Origin: Eledone cirrhosa
Taxonomy: Eukaryota
DNA length: 64,000 nt
Assembly: GCA_964016885.1 (NCBI GenBank)
Contig: OZ024741.1
Span: forward strand, 198,462,001-198,526,000
Direction: 5' to 3'
Positions 50,306 through 64,000 of this stretch are shown here, in pieces. The notes under the pieces are model-generated. The model ran no database searches. It saw nothing but the letters and a program-made list of their open reading frames with translations, and was not told the DNA's origin. Positions within the stretch are counted from its first letter, which is position 1, and every line of letters starts with the position of its first letter. Position numbers and translations under genes: made by a program.

Positions 50306-52097
50306 AATCAAGGTTAATGGCCACCTCTCGGAACCGTTTCGAGTCTCCCGATCGGTCCGATAAGGGTGCCATCTCTCCTCCCTCTTGTACGTATTGACTC
50401 TCGAGCCTTTACTGCGGAAGCTAGAGCTATTGCAGGAGATCCCGCTCGAACCGGGACGCGGAAAGGTTGTGTCGGCTTATGCGGACGACGCCACCGTGAT
50501 GGTATCGGATACGTTTGAAATAGAGGTGGTCAGCAACTTATTGGAGGAATCTGAAAGGTTGACGGGAGCGAAACTTAACCCGGAAAAGTCGGTGGGCTTG
50601 CAACTCGGCACCTGGAGAGGTAAGTGCATGCCGTCCAACAGCGTCGTTGGGCGCTGGACGGACGGGCCGGTAAAGTTATTCGGGGTTTGGTTCAAGCCAG
50701 ACCTCCAGGTGGATAAGAATTGGGACGAGGTGACGGGCATGGTAGCCAGTCTCACCCAGAAATGGGCTGCGAGGAAGTTATCACTGAAAGGTCGGGTGGG
50801 GGTGGCGAACGCATACATCGCGTCCGTCATCTAGTACCGCCTGACCGTCGTCCCTTGCCCCCGTCCGCGCCTCGCCAAGTTGGAACGGCTTCTCTTCAAA
50901 TTCTTGAGGAAGGGATAGGTTCCGTTGGTGAGGCGGTCCATCTGCTGCCAGCACTCTTTACGTGGATGGCAGGGCATGCCGCGGTTAATGATTCGCAGAC
51001 ATGGGCTGAGGCTGTGGCATCTCCAGGTATTCTGCCTAAACGGTGAACAGGTGTGGTCGCCGTTTGTCAGACGGGCCTTTCCGCAGCTCGTCTCGTTGAC
51101 TGAGCTGCAGTCATGGGTCAAGAAGAGACCGAGACTAGGTGACTGGCATTTCTGGAATGTTCCAGGCACTTACTGCCCTCTACCAGGCGGGCAATGCGGT
51201 CAGTGGAACTTCCACTCTCGAGTTCTATAAAGGATTAGCGGTGGGCAAGTACGACGACGCACTTGGAGAGGCTTTGGGCGTCGATGAAGTCGAACTAACC
51301 AGTATGTTTCGAGGACTTTCGAGTCGGAAACCATGGATAACTTCCAAAAATCCCTCGCTTGACAGTGCTACCGAGGGGCACTGCCGGTTCGAGATAAACT
51401 CTACAGGCACGGAAGTGCTGTCAGGCGAACCTGCCCGAGATGCGCGCAGAATGACGAAACCGTTCTGCATGCACTCGTCCAGTGTCCGTGCATTACTGAC
51501 TTGTGGAGTTATGTCGAACAGCTGTTGTCGCGTGTAGAACGGAACCGGCTATCGGCCGAGTCCATAATGAAGATCGACCCGCCGCCTTCTTTTCGCCAGG
51601 AAGGGTAGGCAATTTTTCTCTGTCTGGTGGCCGTATCGAAAGAGGTTGGATGGTGGACCAGGCTGAATCAGCCAATCCCTCATCAACTTTTTCAAATTTC
51701 ATTTGGAAAGGTAGGTGAGGGTGGAGAGAGAAGTGCTGCTCCCTCCTCCCAGTACATTTTCTGAAAGGTGGGTGAATGTGGCGAGAATGGCCCGTGTGAG
51801 TGGGCCTACTCTGATCATGCGCCTGTAGGTTGGTGAATTTGAGGAGGATAGGGGTGCCCTTCTTGGGTGCCTTCGAAGCGTCGGCTGGTTCAGGATTGGT
51901 GGGGTACCTGAATCAACCCTGGGTGGTTATCCCTCCTATAGGAGAATTTTTATTGTTGTATTTTTCCTGTTTATTGTTATCGTTTTCCTATTTTTTACTC
52001 GATTTTTATGTAAAACCTCCACTGTCCCCGTCTATTGTATTGTCCCCTATATGTCGGCCCTTGTGGCCAATAAATGAAACCATTATTATTATTATTA
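50306..52097 (+). mobile_element. Tx1/L1-clade LINE, 5'-truncated, with (ATT)n tail
   Basis: YVLTLEPLL, AYADD, KLSLKGR; paralogous to 55880-57670; AATAAA then (ATT)n. Confidence 0.9.
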
Positions 52098-52356
52098 GGT
52101 GGATTGGCAGTATCGGTGAGGGCGGTGGATTGACAGTATCGGTAGAGAGTCGGACGCCATGCTTTCCAGCTTAGAATTACGTCCCTTTATGATCTGAGTG
52201 CAAATCTGAGGTTAATTTTGCCTTTCATCCTTACGGGATCGATTAAATAAAGTACCAGTCATGCACTGGATCGATTTAATCGACTTTCCTCTCACTGCAA
52301 ATTGCTAGCCTTCTGCCTATATAAGAAACCATTATTATTATAATTATTATTGTTGT

Positions 52357-55300
52357 TGTGGAAGTATACACGTCACAGGAAATTTTGCTCCCGTAAGTTT
52401 GTGATTTTTGAACCGTTTTTATTGCGAACTTATTGTAAAAATTTATATTGTTTTGTATTTAAACACACCCCGCTTCTCTTGGGGTGGTCGAAATTAATCG
52501 GTATTTAACCCTTCAGGGCTAAATTCCAATTTGAACTTTACATCTGGCAAATACGTCCACTAAAAATAAGAAACATGGCGTCACTCAAGAAATCTCTTTC
52601 TCTACCTTGTCTTCCCTCACAACTTCTTTCTTCACCAAGCAGTCAGCGTGGAATCTCGCTTTCCCTTTCGTCTTCTTCATTGTCACATAATCAAGCAAAG
52701 GCCATTTCATCTTTTTCATCAAGCGGCGGTCGAGAAGCGGCTGATGTTGATGCATTTGACAACAACGACAACAAAGGAAGTAGTAGCAGCAGTAACAATA
52801 ACTCCAGTGATAGCAGTAGCAGCGGCAGCAGTAACACCAACGACACCACCACTAGTAGCAGCAGCAGCAGCAGTAACGGTAACAACAATGGTGCCGCTGA
52901 AAAAAGGACCATTCCTGTTGCGGGGGTGACCAGAAATGTAGAGACGGTGATAATCACGGAGGAGGAGATGGCGATCGCAAGGCCCATGGTGACTAGAAAT
53001 GCCAATCGAGTCTCATTGAAGACGCCACCCGATTTTTTCAAGGACCAAGAGCTGCGGACGGTGACATACCGAACTGTGAATGAAAGATCGCGTCTGGTGG
53101 AGAAAGCCACGAAGGCTCAGATTCAAAAGGCCTTGGGGTGCGTGTGGGCACGGAAAACCCACATCACTCGAGGCAAAAAGTATGCCACAGTAGATGTATT
53201 TTTTGCCACACCCCAAGAGGCGAAGTCTCACTCTTTGGTAACCCTAAAGAGTGAAGAGATAGTTTTGGTGCCCTCCTACTGCGAGCAGAATATTGTAAGG
53301 GCCAAAGTGAAGACACCCATACCAAAGCCACGGACAACCAAAACAGCGGCAGCAGTGGCAGCAACAACAGTAGCAGTAGCTTCACCGGCGACAAAATCGC
53401 CAGAGCGGGCTCCACTACCACCACCAATAGCTGTGGAGCACATACCCCTCCCAGAGCCCACGGAATCCGACCTGGAATGTGAGGCCGGAGAGGAGTGACA
53501 AAAGGTCTGCCACAAAAAAGAAAAATCCCTTAGCTTCGCCCTCCAAAAGCGAGGGCAAACAAAGAGGGGTAAAGGCTGCAAGGCGACTTGCAGCAACACC
53601 ACCATCACCATCACCAACACAAGCATCACCAACAACAACCACACCACCACCACCAGCATCACCAAAACACGAACATCGCAAACACAACAAAGCACAAGAA
53701 AACAGCAACAAAACCAAACCCCACCAAAATCATTACACAGCCATAAACATGGCAAATAAAGAACTCTTAGAACATATAAAGCAGAAGGCAGACATGGCAG
53801 ACAAAAATTACTACATCCCACCACACCGGGAACTTCCCCCAAAAATATAAACATTATTGAAATTAAAATAGAACATTATAAACATTTAAAAGAAAAATTC
53901 CCCAACGCAGTTGGAGACTTCAGAGGGTCGGTTACCAAGAGGATATACACCGACATCATCTTGAAGACACCCATGACCAGCCAAAGAGACGGTTCGACTG
54001 TCACTTTCCCACACGATCAGAGTAGGTGATCCTTTCTCACTTGCCCCGTTCCTCACCCAACATGGCCGTATTCAGGATCGCAAGTGTAAACGTGCGTGGC
54101 TTGAGCTCGGTTTAGAAGCAGGGTCACTTGCTTAACGACCTCAGGTCACTAAACATAGATGAGGTGGCCATCAGCGAGGCGAGAATCTCCGAAACGCAAG
54201 CTTTCGCACCGATCTTCGACGGTTACGAGGTGTACGCATCTCCGAGCCGTCCTGGAGCGGAGGGCGGAGTGGCTGTGTTGTTTCAGAAAGGCTTGGGTCT
54301 CGCCATACGTACCATCTTCCTGGACCCAGAAGGTAAGTCGGTGGTGCTGGACGTAAGCGGCACCGAAGGCAACGCTTTCATGCTAGTAGCCGTCTGTGCC
54401 CCGTCAGGGACAGGACGGCCAGATTTCTTCAGACGTCTAGAGACCTTTCTTGGAACGTCCCGCTCTTTAGTGTTAGTGGGCGACTGGAACGGTATCTTGG
54501 ATGTACGCTGGGATTGTGTGGGGCTAGTGGATGGGGAGGAGGGTACAAGAGCCTCACCAACCTGCTCAGACGTTTTGAACTGTCTGACAGGTATCGACTG
54601 GATCAGCCGAATGTGCCAATGTGGACATGGACAAACCGCACCGGGTCATCCAGATCGTATCTCGATAGGGTATTCTGCAGAGAACTAGATAAGGCTAGTA
54701 TAAGTTGTTCACATTTTAAAATAGTCGACTACACAGACCACAAATTTGTGATCTGTGAGATCGACATAGACAGACTTCATAGACAAGGACTCGGTTACTG
54801 GAAGCTGAACGCGTCTTTCCCTGTGCGCAAAGCCTACAGAGACCGGATTAGCATATTAGTCAAGCGGGCGTTGACGGGAGCGGTCGTCAACAACAGGTGG
54901 TGGTTTACCCTGAAAAGGGCAATTAAAGTAGAGTCGATTAGGTTTAGCAAAGGACTAGTGATAGAGGAAAATAGAGTAGAGGGAGAGCTAGTCAGAAAGC
55001 TAGAAGAGGCGTTTAGGACAGGTATCGCAACCGACGTGCTTGCGGCGAGATTGGCACTCGAGCAATTCTTCAACGCAAAACACGAAGGCTGCGTTGTCAG
55101 AGCTAGAGCGCGTGCTCTGAAATACGAGGGGACAAAAGCCGTCCAATGGGCCCGGGTGGCAGAGGCGCGACGTGGCAACAAAGCCACAATTCGGTCTTTA
55201 TCTGTTCGGGAGCGGCGGCGGGCCGGATCGGGGTATGGACTTCAGTGCATACCTTGACGGACTGCCTTGGCTCTCGACGACCGCAGCACAGTGTTGCGAA

Positions 55301-57668
55301 AAGCCAATAACAGCCGGTGAAATACGGGAATCGATGGCTAACTGCACGAGAGGTAAATCGCCAGGTTTGGATGGTCTGCCCTACGAGCTTTATGCATTTA
55401 TGCCAGACTTGTTCGGTGACCTCTTGGTAGATGTCTACTGCAACTGGCAGCAGAACGGGAGCATTCCCAGTTTTGTGAGCCGGGGAGCGGTGGCGCTGCT
55501 GAGAAAAGACCCGAACAAGGGGATGTTATCGAAAACTTCAGGCCCATAACCCTGCTAAACGCAGAGTTCAAGATTTTGGCCAAGGTGTTAGCAACGAGGT
55601 TGGCGCTTGTCGTCAAGGGTCTGGTGGGAGAGGCGCATACATGCGCCATTCCGAACAGATCCATACACGACAACCTCCACCTCATGCGATACATCATAGA
55701 TAGGGTGGTTAAGGAACCTGGCACGGGTGGGGCTCTGATCAACTTGGATCAATCCAAAGCATTCCATAGGGTCGACCATCGTTACCTACCGGCAGTCCTG
55801 AGGGCGGCTGGCTTTGGGCCCGTCTTCAGAGGCTGGATCGCTGCCATGCACAGCGACATCTGCTCTGTGGTGAGAGTGAACGGTCACCTTTCGGAACCGT
55901 TCAACATCATGCGCTCAGTCCGCCAAGGATGTCCCCTCTCGTCCCTCTTGTACGTATTGACTCTCGAGCCATTACTGCACAAACTGGAGACGTTGAGTGG
56001 GGTCCCGCGCGAACTAGGATGCGGAAGATCCGTGTCAGCATATGCGGACGATGTCACCGTAGTGGTGTCCAACGCCAAACACATCGAGGCGATCGGCACT
56101 ACACTAAGAGAATACGAAGCGGTGACAGGAGCAATGATCAACCAGGAAAAGTCAGTGGGTCTGCAGCTCGGCACCTGGAGAGGCAGGTCCATGCCGTCCA
56201 ACAGCGTCGTCGGGCGCTGGACGGACGGACCGGTTAAATTGCTAGAGGTCTGGTTCGGTCCGGACCTCCAGACGGACAAAAATTGGGACGAGGTGACGAG
56301 CAGGGTGGCTTCTCTCACCCAGAAATGGGCGGAGAGGAAGCTATCCCTGAAAGGTCGAGCGGAGGTGGCTAACGCGTACATCGCGCCCGTCATCTACTAC
56401 TGCCTGACCGTCGTACCGTGTCCTAAGCCCCGCCAGACTGCGCTGGAGCGTTTGCTCTTTCGCTTTTTGTGGAAGGGACGCGCTCCGATGGTCAGGCGGT
56501 CCATCTGCTGTCAACACCCGCTACGTGGAGGGCTGGGCATGCCGTGGCTGATGATGCGCAGACACGCGCTCAGGCTACGACATCTCCACCTCTTCCTCGA
56601 CGGTGATCAGGTGTGGTCGCCGTTTGCTAGACACGTCTTTCCCCAGCTCGTCTCCTTGACGGAGCTGCAGTACTGGGTCAAGCGAAGACCGAGAGGGAGC
56701 GCTTGGAGACTGGAATGTCTTCAGGCGCTCACAGCCCTCGACCAATCGGGCAATGTGATCGGTGGAAACTCCACCTTGGCGTTCTATAGAGGATTAGTGG
56801 AGGGGAAGAGCGACGACGTACTTGGAAAAACTCTAGGCGTCGACGAAAATCAACTAGCCAATCTCTTCGGAAGGACTTTCGGGCCGGGGCCTATGGACAA
56901 CTTCCAGAAATCCCTGGCCTGGCAGTGCTACCGGGGAGCTTTGCCAGTTCGGGATAAACTCTACAGGCATGGAGGTGCCGTCAGCCGGGCATGTCCGAGA
57001 TGCGCGCAGGGCGACGAAACCGTCCTGCACGCACTCGTCCAGTGTCCGAAAATTGCTGACTTGTGGGTTTATGTCGAACACCTGCTGTCGCGTTTAGGAC
57101 GGATCCGGCTATCATCTGAGTCCATCGTGAGGATTGCCCCGCCCTCCTCCTTTAGCCGGGAAGGGCAGGCAGTTTTTATCTGCCTGGTGGCCATGGCGAA
57201 AGAGATAGTATGGTGGACACGTTTGAAAGGGCTGAAGACGAGCACTTACCTCTTCGGTGATGCTCTGATTGACTTTTTCAAATTTCATTTGAAAAGGAAA
57301 ATCAGAGTAGAGAGGGAAGTGCTCTCTTCCCAGCATTTTGTTGAAAGATGGGTGAGAGAAGCAAGAATGGCCCGAGTGAATGGGCCTACTCTGAGCATAT
57401 ATCTGTAAATTAAAGGTGGAAAACTGGGAGAGGGCACTTGCCTTGGTGGTCAGGGTCATTGTGGCTTTTTACTGGGCTTTCTCCACAAATGTCCCTCCGA
57501 AGTCTCCCACCTATTGGGGAATTTTTCATTGTTATTTTCATTGTTATTTTTGTTACATCCTCTGTTTTTGTTTTTTTACACGCAGAAATGCCCATTTGTA
57601 CCGTCCTGCATTGTCCTGCACTGTCCTTAATGTCTACTTTATGTAAACCCTTGTGGTTAATAAAGAAA

Positions 57669-57737
<69 letters not shown>
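52357..57737 (+). mobile_element. near full-length Tx1/L1-clade LINE (ORF1 from 52575, ORF2 54062-57408, disrupted)
   Basis: ORF2 motifs ASVNVRGL, GDWN, YLDR, TDH, YWKLN, SPGLDG, RPITLLN, RQGCPLS, YADD, CPRC...HAL..C; (ATT)n tail 57671-57737. Confidence 0.93.
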
Positions 57738-57741
<4 letters not shown>

Positions 57742-60129
57742 AATATGTATAGTATCTTGATGGTACCAGATGCGTCATCGAATAATAAAGTAGATAGGGT
57801 ACTAGGCAAAATCCGTTGAAAATCTAGACCTTAAAGGGTCACAATTTCATACAAATTTGTATAATTAAATATATAATTTCTTCCGGTCAATAACTAAGTC
57901 TCTAAATATATTTGCCGCATAGCAATATTGTAGAAATATCCAAGGCAATGGAGAGGGTTGTATCGTTTTATGACCTTTCATGATATTTATCGTGAGTGAG
58001 TGGGTAATGTGTAGTGGAAAATGCAGGCTTTGTAATTTTCTTAGTTTTGTCAGAACAAGAAGTGTCAAAATGTAGGTCTTACTAAACAGTTAGTTGGAAT
58101 TATTTTAATGGCAATGGGATGCTTAACTAAGAGAGGGGAAGGAACAGTGTGGAAGTAGCTAAGGATGTTAAATAACCAGGTGCCAGCTCTGTATATAAGT
58201 CCTATAATATTGAAATTATCTGTAAACTAGCGTAGTTAGAGTGTGTGCTGCCTGAGGACAACGATTGAATCTGCAAGCCACGCACACTCAAATATATACA
58301 ACAGACCCAAAAGTGTCACCTAAGACGGACGTCCCTCTCCTCCTAGCTACACTCCTCTGTAAAGTCGCTGGTAAACTAATTAATGTCACAAACTCATCAT
58401 CTACTTATATATTATGGACTGTTTCGTCTAAAGAATAACAAAATTATTTTTGTTATCAATGGAATACTAAGGGCGTAATATCGTTAAAGCATTGGATAAC
58501 ATGCTTTGCATATAGTTACGGCCCGTTACGTTCTGAGTTCAGATCCCACCATGGTTACCTTTGCCTTTCATCCTTACGAGATCGATAAAATAAAGTACCA
58601 CTAACACACTGGAATCGGTTTAATCGACTTTCCACTTCCCTTTAAATTGCTGGCCTTGTGTCAAATGTAGAAACAATTGTTAATGGAATCATTTTCTCTG
58701 CTCCTTTACTTCATCACAATAGAATGCAGCAGTGTACAGGAAATGGAATGAAATCAATTTCATGTTTTAAAAATTCTTGCATACTAATAAATGGGTTATC
58801 AACTATATAACTTGGGGATCCTGTCGGATTATATAGAAACAATTACTTCCAAAAGGATCTTCTGGAAGGCATGTCTGAGGACTCTGTCCCCACGATCTTC
58901 TCGAGAAGAAGAAGAACCATAAAACACTATGGCCAATTCATAATCATAACTGCGTCCTGAATATATTTTCTTATCCTGTTAGTAAAATAAGTTGGATTAC
59001 TTTGAATAAATAATGAATGAATATTACATAATTTATCTACTAAATTTCGTAACTCTTGATTAAATATAAATAATTTTATTGCTTATTTCAAGATTCACTT
59101 CTTTTAAAATTTCCAAATGTCAATACTTCCGGTTATGATATAATGGACTCTATATTATATCGTTTATATAAACGTTCATATACCTGCATCGTTATATAAC
59201 GTTTATATTTCCGTCGCTAATTTTTTCCCTTTTCGTTTTCATCAAATTTTGCCGTAATGCAGTTTATACATAATATCGTCTTTTTTAAATGTATCATGGA
59301 TTACTTTACCGATTACAGAAGACAGTGTAACACAGTCTCTCTTCAATTTTTGTGCATATTTTCAATTACGATTTTATTTGACATATCATATCTGCATGCA
59401 TATGTATTTGCGGTTTTTCTGCTAGTGGATTTAATCGATCCAATTATACATTTATTTCATTGGCATTGATTGAGGAGTGAAAGAAAAAGTGACCCTGCGT
59501 AGTTTGATAGAAAGATGACAACTTCCACAAAAGATGAGTGTTTAACAAAAATAAATAAATAAATAAATAAAGTAAAAATGGATGCTCTCCGTAACTTGAC
59601 AATTAAAAATATATTATTAGTAGCCTTTTATGTAAATATGAAACGAAGATTTTGGGTTGTTGTGGAAGAGGATTATAAACACGACAAATACCAATAATTC
59701 TGGTTGGATATATAATTTTACTTCACTTCGGCATAAAGAAATAAAATATATGATTACTTTGAATCATGAATATAAAGTTTGATTGTAGTATTCCCAAATG
59801 AAAATAGTGTTCAAAAAGGCTTCTGCGATGTTCCATTAAAAAGTGAAAAGTTGTAGTAGTAAGCTCGCAGTGGCATGGAAGCTGTGTTGTCTATATGAAG
59901 AGGCAGATGACTGAGTGAGTTAGGACCACAAGACAGCCTATTTATAATGACAGCTAGTTATTTTTTATAGATAACAGATGACCCCAGAATATGTTCTTCC
60001 TAGGAATGGAGCTGTAAATCCTACCATCAGGAGAATGTATCTATTGTCTTCTCTGTGAAGTCGCAAGTCATTTACTTGGTGACCATGGGAAAACATTTCT
60101 TTCGCTACAAATATATTTTAGTTGTTTAT

Positions 60130-60480
60130 TATTCATCTCTTCTCTTTCTTCTTCGTCATCTTCGTCCACTTATTCCTGGGAGAGTCGTGGGGCAGAGTTC
60201 TCAAACACGCCTTTCAGTGAGTCCTGTTAGAAACAACCTAAACCAATTGATCTGGCTAGATCTCTAAACGAGACCACCCGAGCTCATGGATGTTATCCAA
60301 CCATCTTGCTCGGGGTCTACCACCTAGGTTTCTTGTCGGTTGGTTTTGCCGGTAAAATCTGTCCAGCGATTCTTTCCTGAGACATTCTGACCACGTCTGT
60401 AATATCGGAGCTGCGATCTCCCAATTCGGAGATGTGGTGGCTCTTCCCGGAGCAATTCTCTGATCTATCAGGTAACGTTA
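60130..60480 (-). mobile_element. LINE 3'-end fragment
   Basis: Minus remnant ...VVRMSQERIAGQIL...GRPRARWLDNI. Confidence 0.5.
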
Positions 60481-61262
60481 CTCCAGACAACTAAGCAACG
60501 AACGATTATGAGAAAGCTAGCTGGAAATGTTCGGCCTGGTCATTCGCAACACACGCACACACACAGGCACACACACAGGCACGCACACAGGCACGCACAC
60601 ACACGCTGTTTTGGACTACGCCTTGCACTTTTTAAAGGGATTTTAATCCAACGATATAAAAAGGACCACGCCACGTACACACAGACAGATTTAACAATTG
60701 TATCACATTGAACATTATTAATTGTATTTTTTTGTATTATTTTGGCATTTTTATTTATTCTCCGAATTTACCACAGACCTCACTTCACATTCACATTTAC
60801 CACAGACTTCACTTCACATTCACCAAAAGATATTTGTCATCCTGAAAATTACATTAAGAGTACACACACGTATCTGTTGAATACTCAGCCACTACACGTT
60901 TATTCCGTGAGTAGGCTGTTTATTTGATCTGACAACACATTGTCAAAACCGACGGCTGTTCATTCCGTTCAGAATAAATCATTATTTGGTGTAGTGTTTG
61001 CATTTTGTGTAAACTAGCTGAGATACCCAGCGTTGCATGGATCATTACATCCATCTCTCCTCATACACAAATAAATCAATATTCTAACTTAAGATTGATT
61101 ATTTTCCCCCAGTTACGTCATTTTCTTTTCAGTGTGTATGCTTTTGAAATAATATGACTTAAATAATTACAATCTACATTTTTTTCGTCTTGACCATCAA
61201 TTAATAAAAAAAAAATTTGATCCTTTCATAAATTACAATTCGTGTGACACATTTTAATAATA

Positions 61263-61291
61263 ACTAGCAGAATGGCCCGGCGTTGCTCGGG
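61263..61291 (-). mobile_element. Helitron-like 3' terminus (second one at about 61013-61041)
   Basis: Minus: hairpin CCCGAGC-AAC-GCCGGG, short spacer, CTAG|T. Confidence 0.55.
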
Positions 61292-61409
61292 ATTTGCTCT
61301 AGGGTTCTTATATATTTGATATATATTTATCCTTGTCGAGACTCGTGAAATAAATACGTTTGTTTATATATTGTTATTGTGTCTGCAAAAATATCTGTAC
61401 ACGAATATA

Positions 61410-61476
<67 letters not shown>

Positions 61477-61635
61477 CTGTACGGAATACCTCGGCCTCGG
61501 GGTGGTGTCTGCATTTTGTGCTTATAAAAAAAATTCGTAGGGTTTTTTTTCCGTGCGAAGAAAATCAATACTTTATCGCGAAATAAATACTTTTGTTTAT
61601 ATTTTGTTATTGTGTATGCAAAAATATCTGTACAC

Positions 61636-61700
<65 letters not shown>

Positions 61701-61701
<1 letters not shown>

Positions 61702-64000
61702 CGTTTCTGAATTTGTTTAGCAAGATTCTTTATCTGAAATCGTGTGTTGAAACTGATATTGTTATACTTAGGGAGGGTCATGTTGACGGTATCAACATGG
61801 CCGACACCTCATTATCTGAAGAGTTCAACAATGAAAATACCAACATTTATGGAAACACGGAAATAGATAATAATGAAATGTCTGTGTTACGTCTGCCACC
61901 GAAATTTGCGACATTCAAGAAGGTAAATATGATTAGTTGTCTGTCAGAAATAGAAAAATCATTTACGAAACTACGCTGGAGCATCAAAAACAAAAACAAA
62001 AGCAACAATATACGCACACACATATACAACACACATCCCAACAACAACAGACACACAGACACAAAAAACAACAATAACAACAACAATAGCAACATACCCA
62101 GATACAACAACAACAATAGCAACATACCCAGATACAACAGACACGCAGACACAAACAACAATAACAACACACACGGAGACAACAATAACAACAACACACA
62201 CATCAACAACAACAACAGTAGCAACATACCCAGATACAACAACAACAGACACGCAAACACAAACAACAATAACAACACACACAACAACGATAACATACAC
62301 ACACACGGAGACAACAACAACACACATCAACAACAACACACATCAACAACAACAACACACACGCATTCAATGCCTCTCACCACCACCACAATCTTAACAA
62401 ACACACAGACACAGAAAACAAGTAATGACAGTAGCACAGAAATCAGAGAAATAAGAGAAAGTAATAGGATTAAAAGGAAAAGGAGATGGGAGACTAAGGA
62501 CAAAGAGAATAACCAAGACGAACACACAGACACACAAAATAGGGTAGATAACAACATTGAGCCAGTGGAAAGAGACAGGAGTAATTATGAGAGACATAGA
62601 AACAACCATGAAGCTGAGACTGCTGCTGTTGGTGGAAATAGAAACAACACAACTAACAATAACAATAGCACTAGTACACATAAAGCAGCAGCCTGGAACT
62701 CTCCGTTTTATAACCCCTCCGATAAATCATTCGACCTACGACGAGTCCACGCCACGACTTTGCCATTTAACAAACGCACGCAGTTGCCGTCGCAGGTCGA
62801 TGAACAAACAGAAGCACAATTTAGTATAGCTAAATCCGAACTTAGAAATATTATAGAACAGTATAGCAAGAAGCATAATAGAATAGAGGCCCAGCAACTG
62901 GGAGAAAAATCTGCAAATGGCTTGCGTAAGCTCATGCAGCGCTCGCGTAATGGAGAGATAGCATGCTTTCCAACAGACAAGTCTGGCAGAATGTCGGTTG
63001 ACAGCCTGCCAAACTACATCCAGGCAATGCAACCCCACATCACTAACACAAGAGAGGTAACACCACAGGAGCATGAGGATAGAGAAAAAACCCTCAATGC
63101 CCATATGGTGATGTGGACAAATATAATGCAGCCCAACAAAAGGACTGCCAATAACTTCCAGGCCTGGAACAATGACGTACCAGCGTTGTATGGGCTTCGA
63201 AAAGACCATAAAACGGGCTGGGACCCTGTCGCGGGACCACCAACACGGCCAGTCTGTGGGGCTAACATTGCTAGTAACTACAGACTGTCCTACTTCCTCT
63301 CCCTGATCATACGCCCCATCATTGAGATGTCCCCAGATGTGTGTGACAGCACGGAGGACCTCCTCAGCAGAATCGACGCGGGTAACCGATCTGGGGACCT
63401 AACAAACTGCATAATAGGCAGTATGGATGTTGTGTCCCTGTATCCATCTATTGACGTGGATTTTGCTGTGGAGAAATGCGTCGAAATGATCAGCGAGAGC
63501 AAGGTTGAGTTCCGTGGGATTGATACCAGTGAGCTGGGAATTCTACTTAAGCTTACCCATAGTAATAGTTACCTAGACACTTATGACCTTAGCAACCTGT
63601 GCCCTACAAGACCAGCAAGAGGCAGACCACCTACCATTACCTCAATGGCCAAGAAAACCCACACAGATAGATGGAACGGGTGGACCAGAGCCATACGGAC
63701 ACCCGAAAACCACGATGAACTGAAGAAAATGATTGCACATGCGGTAGGGGCCAGCATAAAATTAACCCTTAAGGAACATATGTTCAAATTTAATGGTAAA
63801 ACATATGCCCAAGAGGAAGGAGCAGCCATTGGTGTTAGCATTGCAGGCGACATAGCTAACTTATTCATGGTATGGTGGGACGGTAGACTTAAACAAAAAC
63901 TTAATGAACAATTAGAAGACAGCTTAACCCTGATAATGTACTCCCGCTACGTAGATGATATAAATATCGTAGTTAAGACACCCCCACTAAAGAACAGTCA
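61701..64000 (+). CDS. Penelope-like reverse transcriptase, uninterrupted frame running off the window (first ATG 61797)
   Basis: Manual translation found no stop: [66 protein letters not shown]. Confidence 0.88.

Noticed and set aside
52575-53498. Ser-rich host gene
   Set aside because: Its position directly upstream of the EN-RT ORF2 identifies it as LINE ORF1.
61847-62681. Hydrophobic Leu/Val/Cys-rich minus-strand ORFs resembling membrane proteins
   Set aside because: Antisense of the (AAC)-rich PLE insert.

Overview
Repeat-dense animal genomic DNA. The (TA)n, (CA)n and (TAA)n microsatellites, tRNA-SINEs and LINE families suggest a cephalopod such as Octopus; this is inferred, not verified. 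The only clear host gene is a 5-exon IkappaB/cactus-like NF-kB inhibitor on the minus strand (CDS 41283-35890, about 342 aa, six ankyrin repeats), with kB-like sites in its promoter and intron 1. The rest is mostly retroelement DNA: two copies of one Ty3/gypsy family sharing a -1 frameshift pseudoknot, a second decayed gypsy, CRE-, R4/Dong-, RTE- and Tx1/L1-type LINEs, Penelope-like elements (PLEs), SINEs, MITEs, Helitron ends and a pogo/Tigger fragment. The most notable pattern is about a dozen type-I hammerhead ribozyme motifs (CUGANGA-stem II-GAAA-short, usually palindromic, stem III-NUH) in short non-coding elements. Several form near-perfect fold-back palindromes with a ribozyme on each strand and abut (AT)n tracts. 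The layout mirrors the inverted pLTR of the PLE at 1.7-3.8 kb. An uninterrupted PLE reverse-transcriptase ORF of about 760 codons, absent from the ORF track, runs off the right edge of the window. All coordinates and folds were read by eye.
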